Assembly: GCA_030390025.1 (NCBI GenBank)
Contig: JASTWF010000330.1
Coordinates: 62,001 to 126,000, forward strand
Direction: 5' to 3'
Length of the DNA stretch: 64,000 nucleotides
Source: Squalus acanthias
Taxonomy: Eukaryota
Shown: piece after piece, positions 48,432-63,039 of the stretch
How the letters are laid out: each line of letters begins with the position of its first letter
How positions within the stretch are numbered: the first letter of the stretch is position 1
Program-made: the position numbers and the translations under genes
The notes under the pieces: generated by a model
What the model was told of the DNA's origin: nothing
What the model saw: the letters and a program-made list of their open reading frames with translations, nothing else
The model's database searches: none

Positions 48432-51400
48432 GAACACCAAGGGAATACCCTCCTTCTGAAGCCCATGGGAATACCCTCCCTCTGAACACCAAGGGTATAC
48501 CATCCCCCTAAACACCAGGGGAATACCCTCCCCTTAACACCAGGGGAATACCCTCCCCCTTAACACCAGGGGAATACCCTCCCCCTTAACACCAGGGGAA
48601 TCCCCTCCCCCTGAACACCAGGGGAATACCCTCCCTCTTAACACCATGGGAATACCCTCCCCCTTAACACCATAGGAATACCCTCCCCCTTAACACCAGG
48701 GGAATACCCTCCCCCTAAACACCAGGGGAATACCCTCCCCCTTAACACCAGGGGAATACCCTCCCCCTTAACACCAGGGGAATACCCTCCCCCTTAACAC
48801 CAGGGGAATCCCCTCCCCCTTAACACCATGGGAATACCCACCCCCTTAACATCATGGGAATACCCTCCCCCTTAACACCAGGGGAATACCCTCCCCCTTA
48901 ACACCAGGGGAATCCCCTCCCCCTTAACACCATGGGAATACCCTCCCCCTTAACACCAGGGGAATACCCTCCCCCTGAACAACAGGGGAATACCCTCCCC
49001 CTTAACACCAGAGGAATACCCTCCCCCTTAACACCAGAGGAATACCCTCCCCCTTAACACCAGGGGAATACCCTCCCCCTTAACACCAGAGGAATACCCT
49101 CCCCCTTAACACCAGGGGAATACCCTCCCCCTTAACACCAGGGGAATACCCTCCCCCTTAACACCAGGGGAATACCCTCCCCCTTAACACCAGGGGAATA
49201 CCCTCCCCCTTAACACCAGGGGAATACCCTCCCCCTGAACACCAGGGGAATACCCTCCCCCTGAACACCATGGGAATACCCTCCCCTTAACACCATGGGA
49301 ATACCCTCCCCCTTAACACCAGGGGAATACCCTCCCCCTGAACACCATGGGAATACCCTCCCCCTTAACACCAGGGAATACCCTCCCCTTAACACCATGG
49401 GAATACCCTCCCCCTTAACACCAGGGGAATACCCTCCCCCTTAACACCATGGGAATACCCTCCCCCTTATACCAGGGTATATCCTCCCCCTTAACACCAG
49501 GGGAATACCCTCCCCCTTAACACCAGGGGAATACCCTCCCCTTAACACCATGGGAATACCCTCCCCTTAACACCATGGGAATACCCTCCCCCTTAACACC
49601 AGGGGAATACCCTCCCCTGAACACCATGGGAATACCCTCCCCTTAACACCATGGGAATACCCTCCCCCTTAACACCAGGGGAATACCCTCCCCCTGAACA
49701 CCATGGGAATACCCTCCCCCTTAACACCAGGGGAATACCCTCCCCTTAACACCATGGGAATACCCTCCCCCTTAACACCAGGGGAATACCCTCCCCTTAA
49801 CACCATGGGAATACCCTCCCCCTTAACACCAGGGGAATACCCTCCCCCTTAACACCAGAGGAATACCCTCCCCCTTAACACCAGGGGAATACCCTCCCCC
49901 TTAACACCAGGGGAATACCCTCCCCCTTAACACCAGGGGAATACCCTCCCCCTTAACACCATGGGAATACCCTCCCCCTTATACCAGGGTATATCCTCCC
50001 CCTTAACACCAGGGGAATACCCTCCCCCTTAACACCAGGGGAATACCCTCCCCCTGAACACCATGGGAATACCCTCCCCCTTAACACCAGGGGAATACCC
50101 TCCCCCTGAACACCATGGGAATACCCTCCCCTTAACACCAGGAGAATACCCTCCCCCTTAACACCAGGGGAATACCCTCCCCCTTAACACCAGGGGAATA
50201 CCCTCCCCCTTAACACCAGGGGAATACCCTCCCCCTTAACACCATGGGAATACCCTCCCCCTTAACACAAGGGGAATCCCCTCCCCTTAACACCAGAGGA
50301 ATCCCCTCCCCCTTAACACCAGGGGAATACCCTCCCCCTTAACACCAGGGGAATACCCTCCCCCTTAACACCAGGGGAATACCCTCCCCTTAACACCATG
50401 GGAATACCCTCCCCCTTAACACCAGGGGAATACCCTCCCCCTTAACACCAGGGGAATACCCTCCCCCTTAACACCAGGGGAATACCCTCCCCCTTAACAC
50501 CAGGGGAATACCCTCCCCCTTAACACCAGGGGAATACCCTCCCCCTTAACACCAGGGGAATACCCTCCCCCTTAACACCATGGGAATACCCTCTCCTTAA
50601 CACCATGGGAATACCCTCCCCCTTAACACCAGGGGAACACCCTCCCCCTTAACACCAGAGGAATACCCTCCCCCTGAACACCAGGGGAATACCCTCCCCC
50701 TTAACACCAGGGGAATACCCTCCCCCTTAACACCAGGGGAACACCCTCCCCCTTAACACCAGAGGAATACCCTCCCCCTTAACACCAGAGGAATACCCTC
50801 CCCCTTAACACCAGGGGAATACCCTCCCCTTAACACCAGGGGAATACCCTCCCCCTGAACACCAGGGAATACCCTCCCCCTTAACACCATGGGAATACCC
50901 TCCCCCTTAACACCAGGGAATACCCTCCCCCTTAACACCAGGGGAATACCCTCCCCCTTAACACCAGGGGAATACCCTCCCCCTTAACACCAGGGGAATA
51001 CCCTCCCCCTTAACACCAGGGGAATCCCCTCCCCCTTAACACCATGGGAATACCCTCCCCCTTAACACCAGGGGAATACCCTCCCCCTTAACACCAGGGA
51101 AATACCCTCCCCCTTAACACCATGGGAATACCCTCCCTCTGAACACCATGGGAATACCCTCCCCCTTAACACCATGGGAATACCCTCCCCCTGAACACCA
51201 TGGGAATACCCTCCCCCTTAACACCATGGGAATACCCTCCCCCTTAACACCAGGGGAATACCCTCCCCTTAACACCAGGAGAATACCCTCCCCCTTAACA
51301 CCAGGAGAATACCCTCCCCCTTAACACCAGTGGAATACCCTCCCCCTGAACACCAGGGGAATACCCTCCCCCTGAACACCAGGGGAATACCCTCCCCTTA

Positions 51401-54400
51401 ACACCATGGGAATACCCTCCCTCTGAACACCAGGGGAATACCCTCCCCCTGAACACCAGGGGAATACCCTCCCCCTTAACACCAGGGGAATACCCTCCCC
51501 CTTAACACCAGGGAATACCCTCCCCCTGAACACCATGGGAATACCCTCCCCCTTAACACCAGGGGAATACCCACCCCCTTAACACCATGGGAATACCCTC
51601 CCCCTTAACACCATGGGAATACCCTCCCCCTTAACACCATGGGAATACCCTCCCCCTTAACACCATGGGAATACCCTCCGCCTTAACACCATGGGAATAC
51701 CCTCCCCCTTAACACCAGGGGAATACCCTCCCTCTTAACACCAGGGGAATACCCTCCCCTTAACACCATGGGAATACCCTCCCCCTTAACACCATGGGAA
51801 TACCCTCCCCCTTAACACCATGGGAATACCCTCCCCCTTAACACCAGGGGAATACCCTCCCTCTTAACACCAGGGGAATACCCTCCCCTTAACACCATGG
51901 GAATACCCTCCGCCTTAACACCATGGGAATACCCTCCCCCTTAACACCATGGGAATACCCTCCCCCTTAACACCAGGGGAATACCCCCCCCCCTTAACAC
52001 CAGGGGAATACCCTCCCTCTTAACACCAGGGGAATACCCTCCCCCTTAACACCATGGGAATACCCTCCCCCTTAACACCAGGGGAATACCCTCCCCCTTA
52101 ACACCAGGGGAATACCCTCCCCCTTAACACCAGGGGAATACCCTCCCCCTTAACACCAGGGGAATACCCTCCCCCTTAACACCAGGGGAATACCCTCCCC
52201 CTTAACACCAGGGGAATACCCTCCCCCTTAACACCAGGGGAATACCCTCCCCCTGAACACCATGGGAATACCCCCCCCCCTTAACACCAGGGGAATACCC
52301 TCCCCCTTAACACCATGGGAATACCCTCCCCCTTAACACCATGGGAATACCCTCCCCCTTAACACCAGGGGAATACCCTCCCCCTTAACACCAGGGGAAT
52401 ACCCTCCCCCTTAACACCAGGGGAATACCCTCCCCTTAACACCAGGGGAATACCCTCCCCCTTAACACCATGGGAATACCCTCCCCTTAACACCATGGGA
52501 ATACCCTCCCCTTAACACCAGGGGAATACCCTCCCCTTAACACCAGGGGAATACCCTCCCCCTGAACACCAGAGGAATACCCTCCCCCTTAACACCATGG
52601 GAATACCCTCCCCCTTAACACCAGGGGAATACCCTCCCCCTTAACACCAGGGGAATACCCTCCCCCTTAACACCAGGGGAATACCCTCCCCCTTAACACC
52701 ATGGGAATACCCTCCCCCTTAACACCAGGGGAATACCCTCCCCCTTAACACCAGGGGAATACCCTCCCCCTTAACACCAGGGGAATACCCTCCCCCTTAA
52801 CACCAGGGGAATACCCTCCCCCTTAACACCATGGGAATACCCTCCCCCTTAACACCATGGGAATACCCTCCCCCTTAACACCATGGGAATACCCACCCCC
52901 TTAACACCATGGGAATACCCTCCCCCTGAACACCAGGGGAATACCCTCCCCCTTAACACCATGGGAATACCCTCCCCCTTAACACCATGGGAATACCCTC
53001 CCCCTTAACACCATGGGAATACCCCCCCCCCTTAACACCATGGGAATACCCTCCCCCTTAACACCAGGGGAATACCCTCCCCCTGAACACCAGGGGAATA
53101 CCCTCCCCCTTAACACCAGGGGAATACCCTCCCCCTTAACACCAGGGGAATACCCTCCCCGTTAACACCAGGGAATACCCTCCCCCTTAACACCATGGGA
53201 ATACCCTCCCCGTTAACACCAGGGGAATACCCTCCCCCTTAACACCATGGGAATACCCTCCCCCTTAACACCATGGGAATACCCTCCCCCTTAACACCAT
53301 GGGAATACCCTCCCCCAGAACACCATGGGAATACCCTCCCCCTTAACACCAGGGGAATACCCCCCCCCCTTAACACCAGGGGAATACCCTCCCCCTTAAC
53401 ACCATGGGAATACCCTCCCCCTTAACACCAGGGGAATACCCACCCCCTTAACACCATGGGAATACCCTCCCCCTTAACACCATGGGAATACCCTCCCCCT
53501 TAACACCATGGGAATACCCTCCCCCTTAACACCATGGGAATACCCTCCCTCTGAACACCATGGGAATACCCTCCCCCTTAACACCATGGGAATACCCTCC
53601 CCCTGAACACCATGGGAATACCCTCCCCCTTAACACCATGGGAATACCCTCCCCCTTAACACCAGGGGAATACCCTCCCCTTAACACCAGGAGAATACCC
53701 TCCCCCTTAACACCAGGAGAATACCCTCCCCCTTAACACCAGTGGAATACCCTCCCCCTGAACACCAGGGGAATACCCTCCCCCTGAACACCAGGGGAAT
53801 ACCCTCCCCTTAACACCATGGGAATACCCTCCCTCTGAACACCAGGGGAATACCCTCCCCCTTAACACCATGGGAATACCCTCCCCCTTAACACCAGGGG
53901 AATACCCTCCCCCTTAACACCATGGGAATACCCTCCCCCTTAACACCAGGGGAATACCCTCCCCCTTAACACCAGGGGAATACCCTCCCCCTTAACACCA
54001 TGGGAATACCCTCCCCGTTAACACCAGGGGAATACCCTCCCCTTAACACCAGGGGAATACCCTCCCTCTTAACACCAGAGGAATACCCTCCCCCTTAACA
54101 CCATGGGAATACCCTCCCCCTTAACACCATGGGAATACCCTCCCTCTTAACACCAGAGGAATACCCTCCCCCTTAACACCATGGGAATACCCTCCCCCTT
54201 AACACCAGGGGAATACCCTCCCCCTTAACACCAGGGGAATACCCTCCCCCTTAACACCAGGGGAATACCCTCCCCCTTAACACCAGGGGAATACCCTCCC
54301 CCTTAACACCATGGGAATACCCTCCCCCTTAACACCAGGGGAATACCCTCCCCTTAACACCAGGGGAATACCCTCCCTCTTAACACCAGGGGAATACCCT

Positions 54401-57400
54401 CCCTCTGAACACCAGGGGAATACCCTCCCCCTTAACACCAGGGGAATACCCTCCCCCTGAACACCAGGGAAATACCCTCCCCCTTAACACCATGGGAATA
54501 CCCTCCCCCTTAACACCAGGGGAATACCCTCCCCCTGAACACCATGAGAATACCCTCCCTCTGAACACCATGGGAATACCCTCCCCCTTAACACAATGGG
54601 AATACCCTCCCTCTGAACACCAGGGGAATACCCTCCCCCTGAACACCAGGGGAATACCCTCCCTCTGAACACCAGGGGAATACCCTCCCCCTTAACACCA
54701 GGGGAATACCCTCCCCCTTAACACCAGGGGAATACCCTCCCCCTTAACACCAGGGGAATACCCTCCCCCTTAACACCAGGGGAATACCCTCCCTCTGAAC
54801 ACCAGGGGAATACCCTCCCCCTTAACACCAGGGGAATACCCTCCCCCTTAACACCAGGGGAATACCCTCCCCCTGAACACCAGGGGAATACCCTCCCTCT
54901 GAACACCAGGGGAATACCCTCCCCCTTAACACCAGGGGAATACCCTCCCCCTTAACACCATGGGAATACCCTCCCCCTTAACACCAGGGGAATACCCTCC
55001 CCCTTAACACCAGGGGAATACCCTCCCCCTGAACACCATGGGAATACCCTCCCCCTTAACACCAGGGGAATACCCTCCCCCTTAACACCATGGGAATACC
55101 CTCCCCCTTAACACCAGGGAATACCCTCCCCCTTAACACCAGGGGAATACCCTCCCCCTTAACACCATGGGAATACCCTCCCCCTTAACACCAGGGGAAT
55201 ACCCTCCCCCTTAACACCACGGGAATACCCCCCCCTTAACACCAGGGGAATACCCTCCCCCTTAACACCATGGGAATACCCTCCCCCTGAACACCATGGG
55301 AATACCCTCCCCCTTAACACCTGGGGAATACCCTCCCCCTTAACACCATGGGAATACCCTCCCCCTTAACACCAGGGGAATACCCTCCCCCTTAACACCA
55401 CGGGAATACCCCCCCCTTAACACCAGGGGAATACCCTCCCCCTTAACACCAGGGGAATACCCTCCCCCTGAACACCAGGGGAATACCCTCCCCCTTAACA
55501 CCATGGGAATACCCTCCCCCTGAACACCATGGGAATACCCTCCCCCTTAACACCAGGGGAATACCCTCCCCCTTAACACCACGGGAATACCCCCCCCTTA
55601 ACACCATGGGATTACCCTCCCCCTTAACAACATGGGAATACCCTCCCCCTTAACACCAGGGGAATACCCTCCCCCTTAACACCAGGGGAATACCCTCCTC
55701 TTAACACCATGGGAATACCCCCCCCCCTGAACACCAGGGGAATACCCTCCCCCTTAACACCAGGGGAATACCCTCCCCCTTAACACCAGGGGAATACCCT
55801 CCCCCTTAACACCATGGGAATACCCTCCCCCTTAACACCAGAGGAATACCCTCCCCCTTAACACCATGGGAATACTCTCCCCCTTAACACCAGGGGAATA
55901 CCCTCCCCCTTAACACCATGAGAATACCCTCCCCCTTAACACCAGGGAATACCCTCCCCCTTAACACCAGGGGAATACCCCCCCCCTGAACACCAGGGGA
56001 ATACCCTCCCCCTTAACACCAGGGGAATACCCTCCCCCTTAACACCAGGGGAATACCCTCCCCCTTAACACCAGGGGAATACCCTCCCTCTTAACACCAT
56101 GGGAATACCCTCCCTCTGAACACCATGGGAATACCCTCCCCCTTAACACCAGGGGAATACCCTCCCCCTTAACACCATGGGAATACCCCCCCCCCCCTGA
56201 ACACCACGGGAATACCCTCCCCCTTAACACCATGGGAATACCCTCCCCCTTAACACCAGGGGAATACCCTCCCCCTTAACACCAGAGGAATACCCTCCCC
56301 CTTAACACCATGGGAAGACCCTCCCCCTTAACACCAGGGGAATACCCTCCCCCTTAACACCAGGGGAATACCCTCCCCCTTAACACCAGGGGAATACCCT
56401 CCCCCTTAACACCAGGGGAATACCCTCCCCCTTAACACCAGGGGAATACCCTCCCCCTTAACACCAGGGGAATACCCTCCCCCTTAACACCATGGGAATA
56501 CCCTCCCCCTTAACACCAGGGGAATACCCTCCCCCTTAACACCATGGGAATACCCTCCCCCTTAACACCATGGGAATACCCTCCCCCTTAACACCAGGGA
56601 ATACCCTCCCCCTTAACACCATGGGAATACCCTCCCCCTGAACACCAGGGGAATACCCTCCCCCTTAACACCAGGGGAATACCCTCCCCCTTAACACCAG
56701 GGGAATACCCTCCCCCTTAACACCATGGGAATACCCTCCCCCTTAACACCAGGGGAATACCCTCCCTCTGAACACCATGGGAATACCCTCCCCCTTAACA
56801 CCAGGGGAATACCCCCCCCCCCTTAACACCAGGGAATACACTCCCCCTTAACACCAGGGGAATACCCTCCCCCTTAACACCATGGGAATACCCTCCCCCT
56901 TAACACCAGGGGAATACCCCCCCCCCTTAACACCAGGGAATACACTCCCCCTTAACACCAGGGGAATACCCTCCCCCTTAACACCATGGGAATACCCTCC
57001 CTCTGAACACCATGGGAATACCCTCCCCCTTAACACCATGGGAATACCCTCCCCCTTAACACCAGAGGAATACCCTCCCCCTTAACACCATGGGAATACC
57101 CTCCCCCCCCTGAACACCATGGGAATACCCTCCCCCTTAACACCAGAGGAATACCCTCCCCCTTAACACCAGGGGAATACCCTCCCCCTTAACACCAGAG
57201 GAATACCCTCCCCCTTAACACCAGGGGAATACCCTCCCCCTTAACACCAGGGGAATACCCTCCCCCTTAACACCAGGGGAATACCCTCCCCCTTAACACC
57301 ATGGGAATACCCTCCCCCTTAACACCAGGGGAATACCCTCCCCCTTAACACCAGGGGAATACCCTCCCCCTTAACACCAGGGGAATACCCTCCCTCTTAA

Positions 57401-60399
57401 CACCAGGGGAATACCCTCCCCCGTAACACCATGGGAATACCCTCCCCCTTAACACCATGGGAATACCCTCCCCCTTAACACCATGGGAATACCCTCCCCC
57501 TTAACACCAGGGGAATACCCTCCCCCTTCACACCAGGGGAATACCCTCCCCCTTCACACCAGGGGAATACCCTCCCCCTTAACACCAGGGGAATACCCTC
57601 CCCCTTAACACCATGGGAATACCCTCCCCCTTAACACCAGGGGAATACCCTCCCCCTTAACACCAGGGGAATACCCTCCCCCTTAACACCATGGGAATAC
57701 CCACCCCCTTAACACCATGGGAATACCCTCCCCCTTAACACCAGGGGAATACCCTCCCCCTTAACACCAGGGGAATACCCTCCCCCGTAACACCATGGGA
57801 ATACCCTCCCCCTTAACACCATGGGAATACCCTCCCCCTTAACACCATGGGAATACCCTCCCCCTTAACACCAGGGGAATACCCTCCCCCTTAACACCAG
57901 GGGAATACCCTCCCCCTTAACACCAGGGGAATACCCTCCCCTTAACACCAGGGGAATACCCTCCCCCTTAACACCATGGGAATACCCTCCCCCTGAACAC
58001 CAGGGGAATACCCTCCCCCTTAACACCAGGGGAATACCCTCCCCCTTAACACCATGGGAATACCCTCCCTCTGAACACCATGGGAATACCCTCCCCCTTA
58101 ACACCAGGGGAATACCCTCCCCCTTAACACCATGGAATACCCTCCCCCTTAACACCATGGGAATACCCTCCCCCTTAACACCATGGGAATACCCTCCCCC
58201 TTAACACCAGGGGAATACCCTCCCCGTTAACACCAGGGGAATACCCTCCCCCTTAACACCAGGGGAATACCCTCCCCCTTAACACCATGGGAATACCCAC
58301 CCCCTTAACACCATGGGAATACCATCCCCCTTAACACCATGGGAATACCCTCCCCCTTAACACCATGGGAATACCCTCCCCCTGAACACCATGGAATACC
58401 CTCCCCCTTAACACCATGGGAATACCCTCCCTCTGAACACCAGGGAATACCCTCCCCCTTAACACCAGGGGAATACCCTCCCCCTTAACACCATGGGAAT
58501 ACCCTCCCCCTTAACACCATGGGAATACCCTCCCCCTGAACACCAGGGGAATACCCTCTCACTTAACACCAGGGGAATACCCTCCCCCTTAACATCATGG
58601 GAATACCCTCCCCCTTAACACCAGGGAATCCCCTCCCCCTTAACACCATGGGAATACCCTCCCCCTTAACACCAGGGAATCCCCTCCCCCTTAACACCAT
58701 GGGAATACCCTCCCCCTTAACACCAGGGGAATACCCTCCCCCTTAACACCATGGGAATACCCTCCCCATTAACACCAGGGGAATACCCTCCCTCTTACAC
58801 CAGGGGAATACCCTCCCTCTGAACACCAGGGGAATACCCTCCCCCTTAACACCATGGGAATACCCTCCCCCTTAACACCAGGGGAATACCTTCCCCCTTA
58901 ACACCAGGGGAATACCCTCCCCCTTAACACCAGGGGAATACCCTCCCCCTTAACACCATGGGAATACCCTCCCCTTAACACCATGGGAATACCCTCCCCC
59001 TGAACACCAGGGGAATACCCTCCCCCTTAACACCAGGGGAATACCCTCCCCCTTAACACCAGGGGAATACCCTCCCCCTTAACACCAGGGGAATACCCTC
59101 CCCCTTAACACCAGGGGAATACCCTCCCCCTTAACACCAGGGGAATACCCTCCCCCTTAACACCATGGGAATACCCCCCCCCCTTAACACCAGGGGAATA
59201 CCCTCCCCCTTAACACCATGGGAATACCCTCCCCCTTAACACCATGGGAATACCCTCCCCCTTAACACCAGGGGAATACCCTCCCCCTTAACACCATGGG
59301 AATACCCACCCCCTTAACACCAGGGGAATACCCTCCCCCTGAACACAAAGGGAATACCCTCCCCCTTAACACCATGGGAATACCCTCCCCCTTAACACCA
59401 TGGGAATACCCTCCCCCTTAACACCAGGGGAATACCTTCCCCCTTAACACCAGGGGAATACCCTCCCCCTTAACACCAGGGGAATACCCACCCCCTTAAC
59501 ACCATGGGAATACCCACCCCCTTAACACCAGGGGAATACCCTCCCCCTTAACACCAGGGGAATACCCTCCCCCTTAACACCAGGGGAATACCCTCCCCTT
59601 AACACCAGGGGAATACCCTCCCCCTTAACACCAGGGGAATACCCTCCCCCTTAACACCATGGGAATACCCACCCCCTTAACACCAGGGGAATACCCTCCT
59701 CTTAACACCATGGGAATACCCTCCCCCTTAACACCATGGGAATACCTTCCCCCTTAACACCATGGGAATACCCTCCCCCTGAACACAAAGGGAATACCAT
59801 CCCCCTTAACACCAGGGGAATACCCTCCCCCTGAACACAAAGGGAATACCCTCCCCCTTAACACCAGGGGAATACCCTCCCCCTTAACACCAGGGGAATA
59901 CCCTCCCCCTGAACACCAGGGGAATACCCACCCCCTTAACACCAGGGGAATACCCTCCCCCTTAACACCAGGGGAATACCCTCCCCCTGAACACCAGGGG
60001 AATACCCTCCCCCTTAACACCAGAGGAATACCCTCCCCCTTAACACCAGGGGAATACCCTCCCCCTTAACACCATGGGAATACCCTCCCCTTAACACCAG
60101 AGGAATACCCTCCCCCTTAACACCAGGGGAATACCCTCCCCTTAACACCATGGGAATACCCTCCCCCTTAACACCATGGGAATACCCTCCCCCTTAACAC
60201 CATGGGAATACCCTCCCCCTTAACACCAGGGGAATACCCTCCCCCTTAACACCAGGGGAATACCCTCCCCCTTAACACCAGGGGAATACCCTCCCCCTTA
60301 ACACAAAGGGAATACCCTCCCCTTTAACACCATGGGAATACCCTCCCCCTTAACACCAGGGGAATACCCTCCCTCTGAACACATAGGGAATACCCACCC
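48432..60399. repeat. 26-bp C-rich minisatellite AACACCAGGGGAATACCCTCCCCCTT (at least 12 kb, runs into gap)
   Basis: 26-bp period, homogeneous, with recurrent CCATGG/CCAGGG and TTAA/CTGAA variants. Confidence 0.97.
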
Positions 60400-60899
60400 N
60401 NNNNNNNNNNNNNNNNNNNNNNNNNNNNNNNNNNNNNNNNNNNNNNNNNNNNNNNNNNNNNNNNNNNNNNNNNNNNNNNNNNNNNNNNNNNNNNNNNNNN
60501 NNNNNNNNNNNNNNNNNNNNNNNNNNNNNNNNNNNNNNNNNNNNNNNNNNNNNNNNNNNNNNNNNNNNNNNNNNNNNNNNNNNNNNNNNNNNNNNNNNNN
60601 NNNNNNNNNNNNNNNNNNNNNNNNNNNNNNNNNNNNNNNNNNNNNNNNNNNNNNNNNNNNNNNNNNNNNNNNNNNNNNNNNNNNNNNNNNNNNNNNNNNN
60701 NNNNNNNNNNNNNNNNNNNNNNNNNNNNNNNNNNNNNNNNNNNNNNNNNNNNNNNNNNNNNNNNNNNNNNNNNNNNNNNNNNNNNNNNNNNNNNNNNNNN
60801 NNNNNNNNNNNNNNNNNNNNNNNNNNNNNNNNNNNNNNNNNNNNNNNNNNNNNNNNNNNNNNNNNNNNNNNNNNNNNNNNNNNNNNNNNNNNNNNNNNN
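60400..60899. other. Assembly gap (500 N)
   Basis: Run of 500 N; the round number suggests a scaffolding gap of unknown size. Confidence 0.99.
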
Positions 60900-61719
60900 G
60901 GGGAGTGGGATGCAGTGACTGAGGGGGGTGGGATGCAGTGACTGAGGGGAGTGGGATGCAGTGACTGAGGGGAGTGGGGTGCAGTGACTGAGGGGAGTGG
61001 AATGCAGTGTCTGAAAAAAACGGAAGCAGCCTCAGCTATCTGTCTTGTGGGATCGATTCTAAACAGACTGTTCACCTAATGTGAAGCCTGAAGGACTAAG
61101 TCCTGGAGATGGATCTAATCATGAAATCAAGGGAGTGGGTTGCAGTGTCCGAGTGGTGCGGGATGTATTGACTGAGGAGGGCCGTGGGATGTGGTGACTG
61201 AGGGGAGTGTGATGTAGTGACTGAGGGGAGTGGGATGTAGTGACTGAAGGGAGTGGTATGTAGTGACTGAGGGAAGTGGGGCTTAGAGACTGAGGGGAGT
61301 GGGATGCAATGACTGAGGGGAGTGGGATGGAGTTACTGAGGGAGTAGGATGTATAGACTGAGGGGAGTGGGATGCAGTGACTGACGGGAGTGGGATGCAG
61401 TGACTGAAGGTAGTGGGATGTAGAGACTCAGAGGAGTGGGGTGGAGTTACTGAGGGAGTAGGATGCAGAGACTGAGGGGAGTGGGATGCAGTGACTGAGG
61501 GGAGTGGGATGTGGTGACTGAAGGGAGTGGGATGTAGTGACTGTGAGGAGTGGGATGTAGTGACTGAGATGAGTGGAATGTAGTGACTGAGGGGAGTGGG
61601 ATGTAGTGACTGTGGGGAGTGGGATGTAGTGACTGAGGGGAGAGGGATTTGGTGACTGAGGGGAGTGGGATGTTTTGACTGAGGGGAATGGGATGCAGTA
61701 ACTAACGGGAGTGTGGTGT

Positions 61720-63039
61720 AAACATAGAAACATAGGGGTAAAAATTCACCTGGTTGCGCCACCCGTTAGCGCCTTAAGAGGGTGCTAATGGGGCGCAAAG
61801 CCGCTAACGCCCGGGCGCAGCGATGTTTGCGCCGCTCGAGAACTTAACTTGAGATTGTGCGGCGGCGCTAAAACTTACCGCTGCGACCACCTGCGCGCGC
61901 AGATTGTGACGTCATTCAATGGTGCAACGCCCTTGGGGCGCCCCGCAGCGGAAATTGAGTGTCGCCCCCTGCCTTACCGCCTGGCGCTTCCAACGACCAG
62001 AAGACTGGAACGCTATCAATCGCTGTGGGGCTGGGGGGGGCGCTATTTAAAGGGGGCCTCTTCCTGTCTTTTATTGTTGGTGGCATTTTTGAACTACGCA
62101 TTCTGAGAGAGAGAGGGAGAGACTTCTGGAGAGATTCAACGTTGTGTGAAGGAGTTTTGGGTACTGAGCAGCACTTTGCAGGTTCATTTTGATTTGCCAT
62201 TCCTTGTATCGATTTAGCAGAGACCGTGGGAGCTGCACTCTGAGCTCTTTGCCTGGTGCTCTCCATTGTTCTTTCCAGCACATTTGATGTGCAAGTCTCT
62301 CCAGGCCGAGATTCAAGGCAGCAATGAACAGGATGTGGATGGAAAGCAAGATTAACCATCCCCTTTAAGAACTGGCCCGTGCCATTGTGTGTGTGTTCCA
62401 TTGCTGACTGACATTACATGAGCTTCGCCAGCGCTCCGAGTTAGCGCCTCACTGCTCGGCCTTTGCGCCTTAAGAGAGGTGTGCAGCGCCTGCTTTAGCG
62501 CTCCACTCACCTCCCGGGGCGGTAAAAGTGAAGTTTCCCGTCAGTGCCGATAATTAGCGCCAGGCGCTAATATTTGCGTCCGGACGATATTTGCGCCCCA
62601 AACGGGGCGCGACCTAATTTCTACCCCATAGAATCTAGGAGCAGGAGTAGGCCATTCGGCCCGTCGAGCCTGCTCCACAATTCAATACGATCATGGCTGA
62701 TCATCCAAATCCAATACCCTGTCCCTGCTTTAATCCCCACAGTACACATATCCCACCCTACCCCCGTAACCCCACGTATTTAATTCCCCCTAACATATCC
62801 CATCCTATCCCCATAACCCTACATATTTAATCCCCCCCTAACACTAAGGGTCAATTTATCATAGCCAAATCAACCTAACCCGCACATTTTTGGACTGTGG
62901 GAGGAAACCGGAGCACCCGGAGGAAACCCACGCAGACACGGGGAGAATGTGCAAACTCCACACAGACAGTCACCCGAGATCAAGATTCGAACCCGGGTCC
63001 CTGGCGCTGTGAGGCACCAGTGCTAACCACTATGCCACC
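61720..63039 (-). mobile_element. V-SINE (HE1-like) with CR1-derived 3' tail, split by a MITE
   Basis: Minus strand: tRNA head ggtggcatagtggttagcact...gggttcgaatc; V-domain gtggagtttgcacattctccccgtgtctgcgtgggtttcctccgggtgctccggtttcctcccaca; CR1-like tail at 62628-62730; terminal ctatgtttctatgttt at 61720-61735. Confidence 0.85.
61735..62627. mobile_element. Non-autonomous DNA transposon (PIF/Harbinger-like MITE, 893 bp)
   Basis: Termini GGGGTAAAAATT ... AATTTCTACCCC (11/12 inverted match), 3-bp TSD ATA and subterminal GCGCC-rich motifs; no transposase ORF. Confidence 0.75.

Noticed and set aside
48432..60399. CRISPR-like appearance of short regular repeats (also 24120-25612 and 32707-33522)
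   Set aside because: Units are head-to-tail with no unique spacers, there are no cas genes, and the context is eukaryotic.
60332..61075. ORFs spanning the N run
   Set aside because: Artefacts of the assembly gap.
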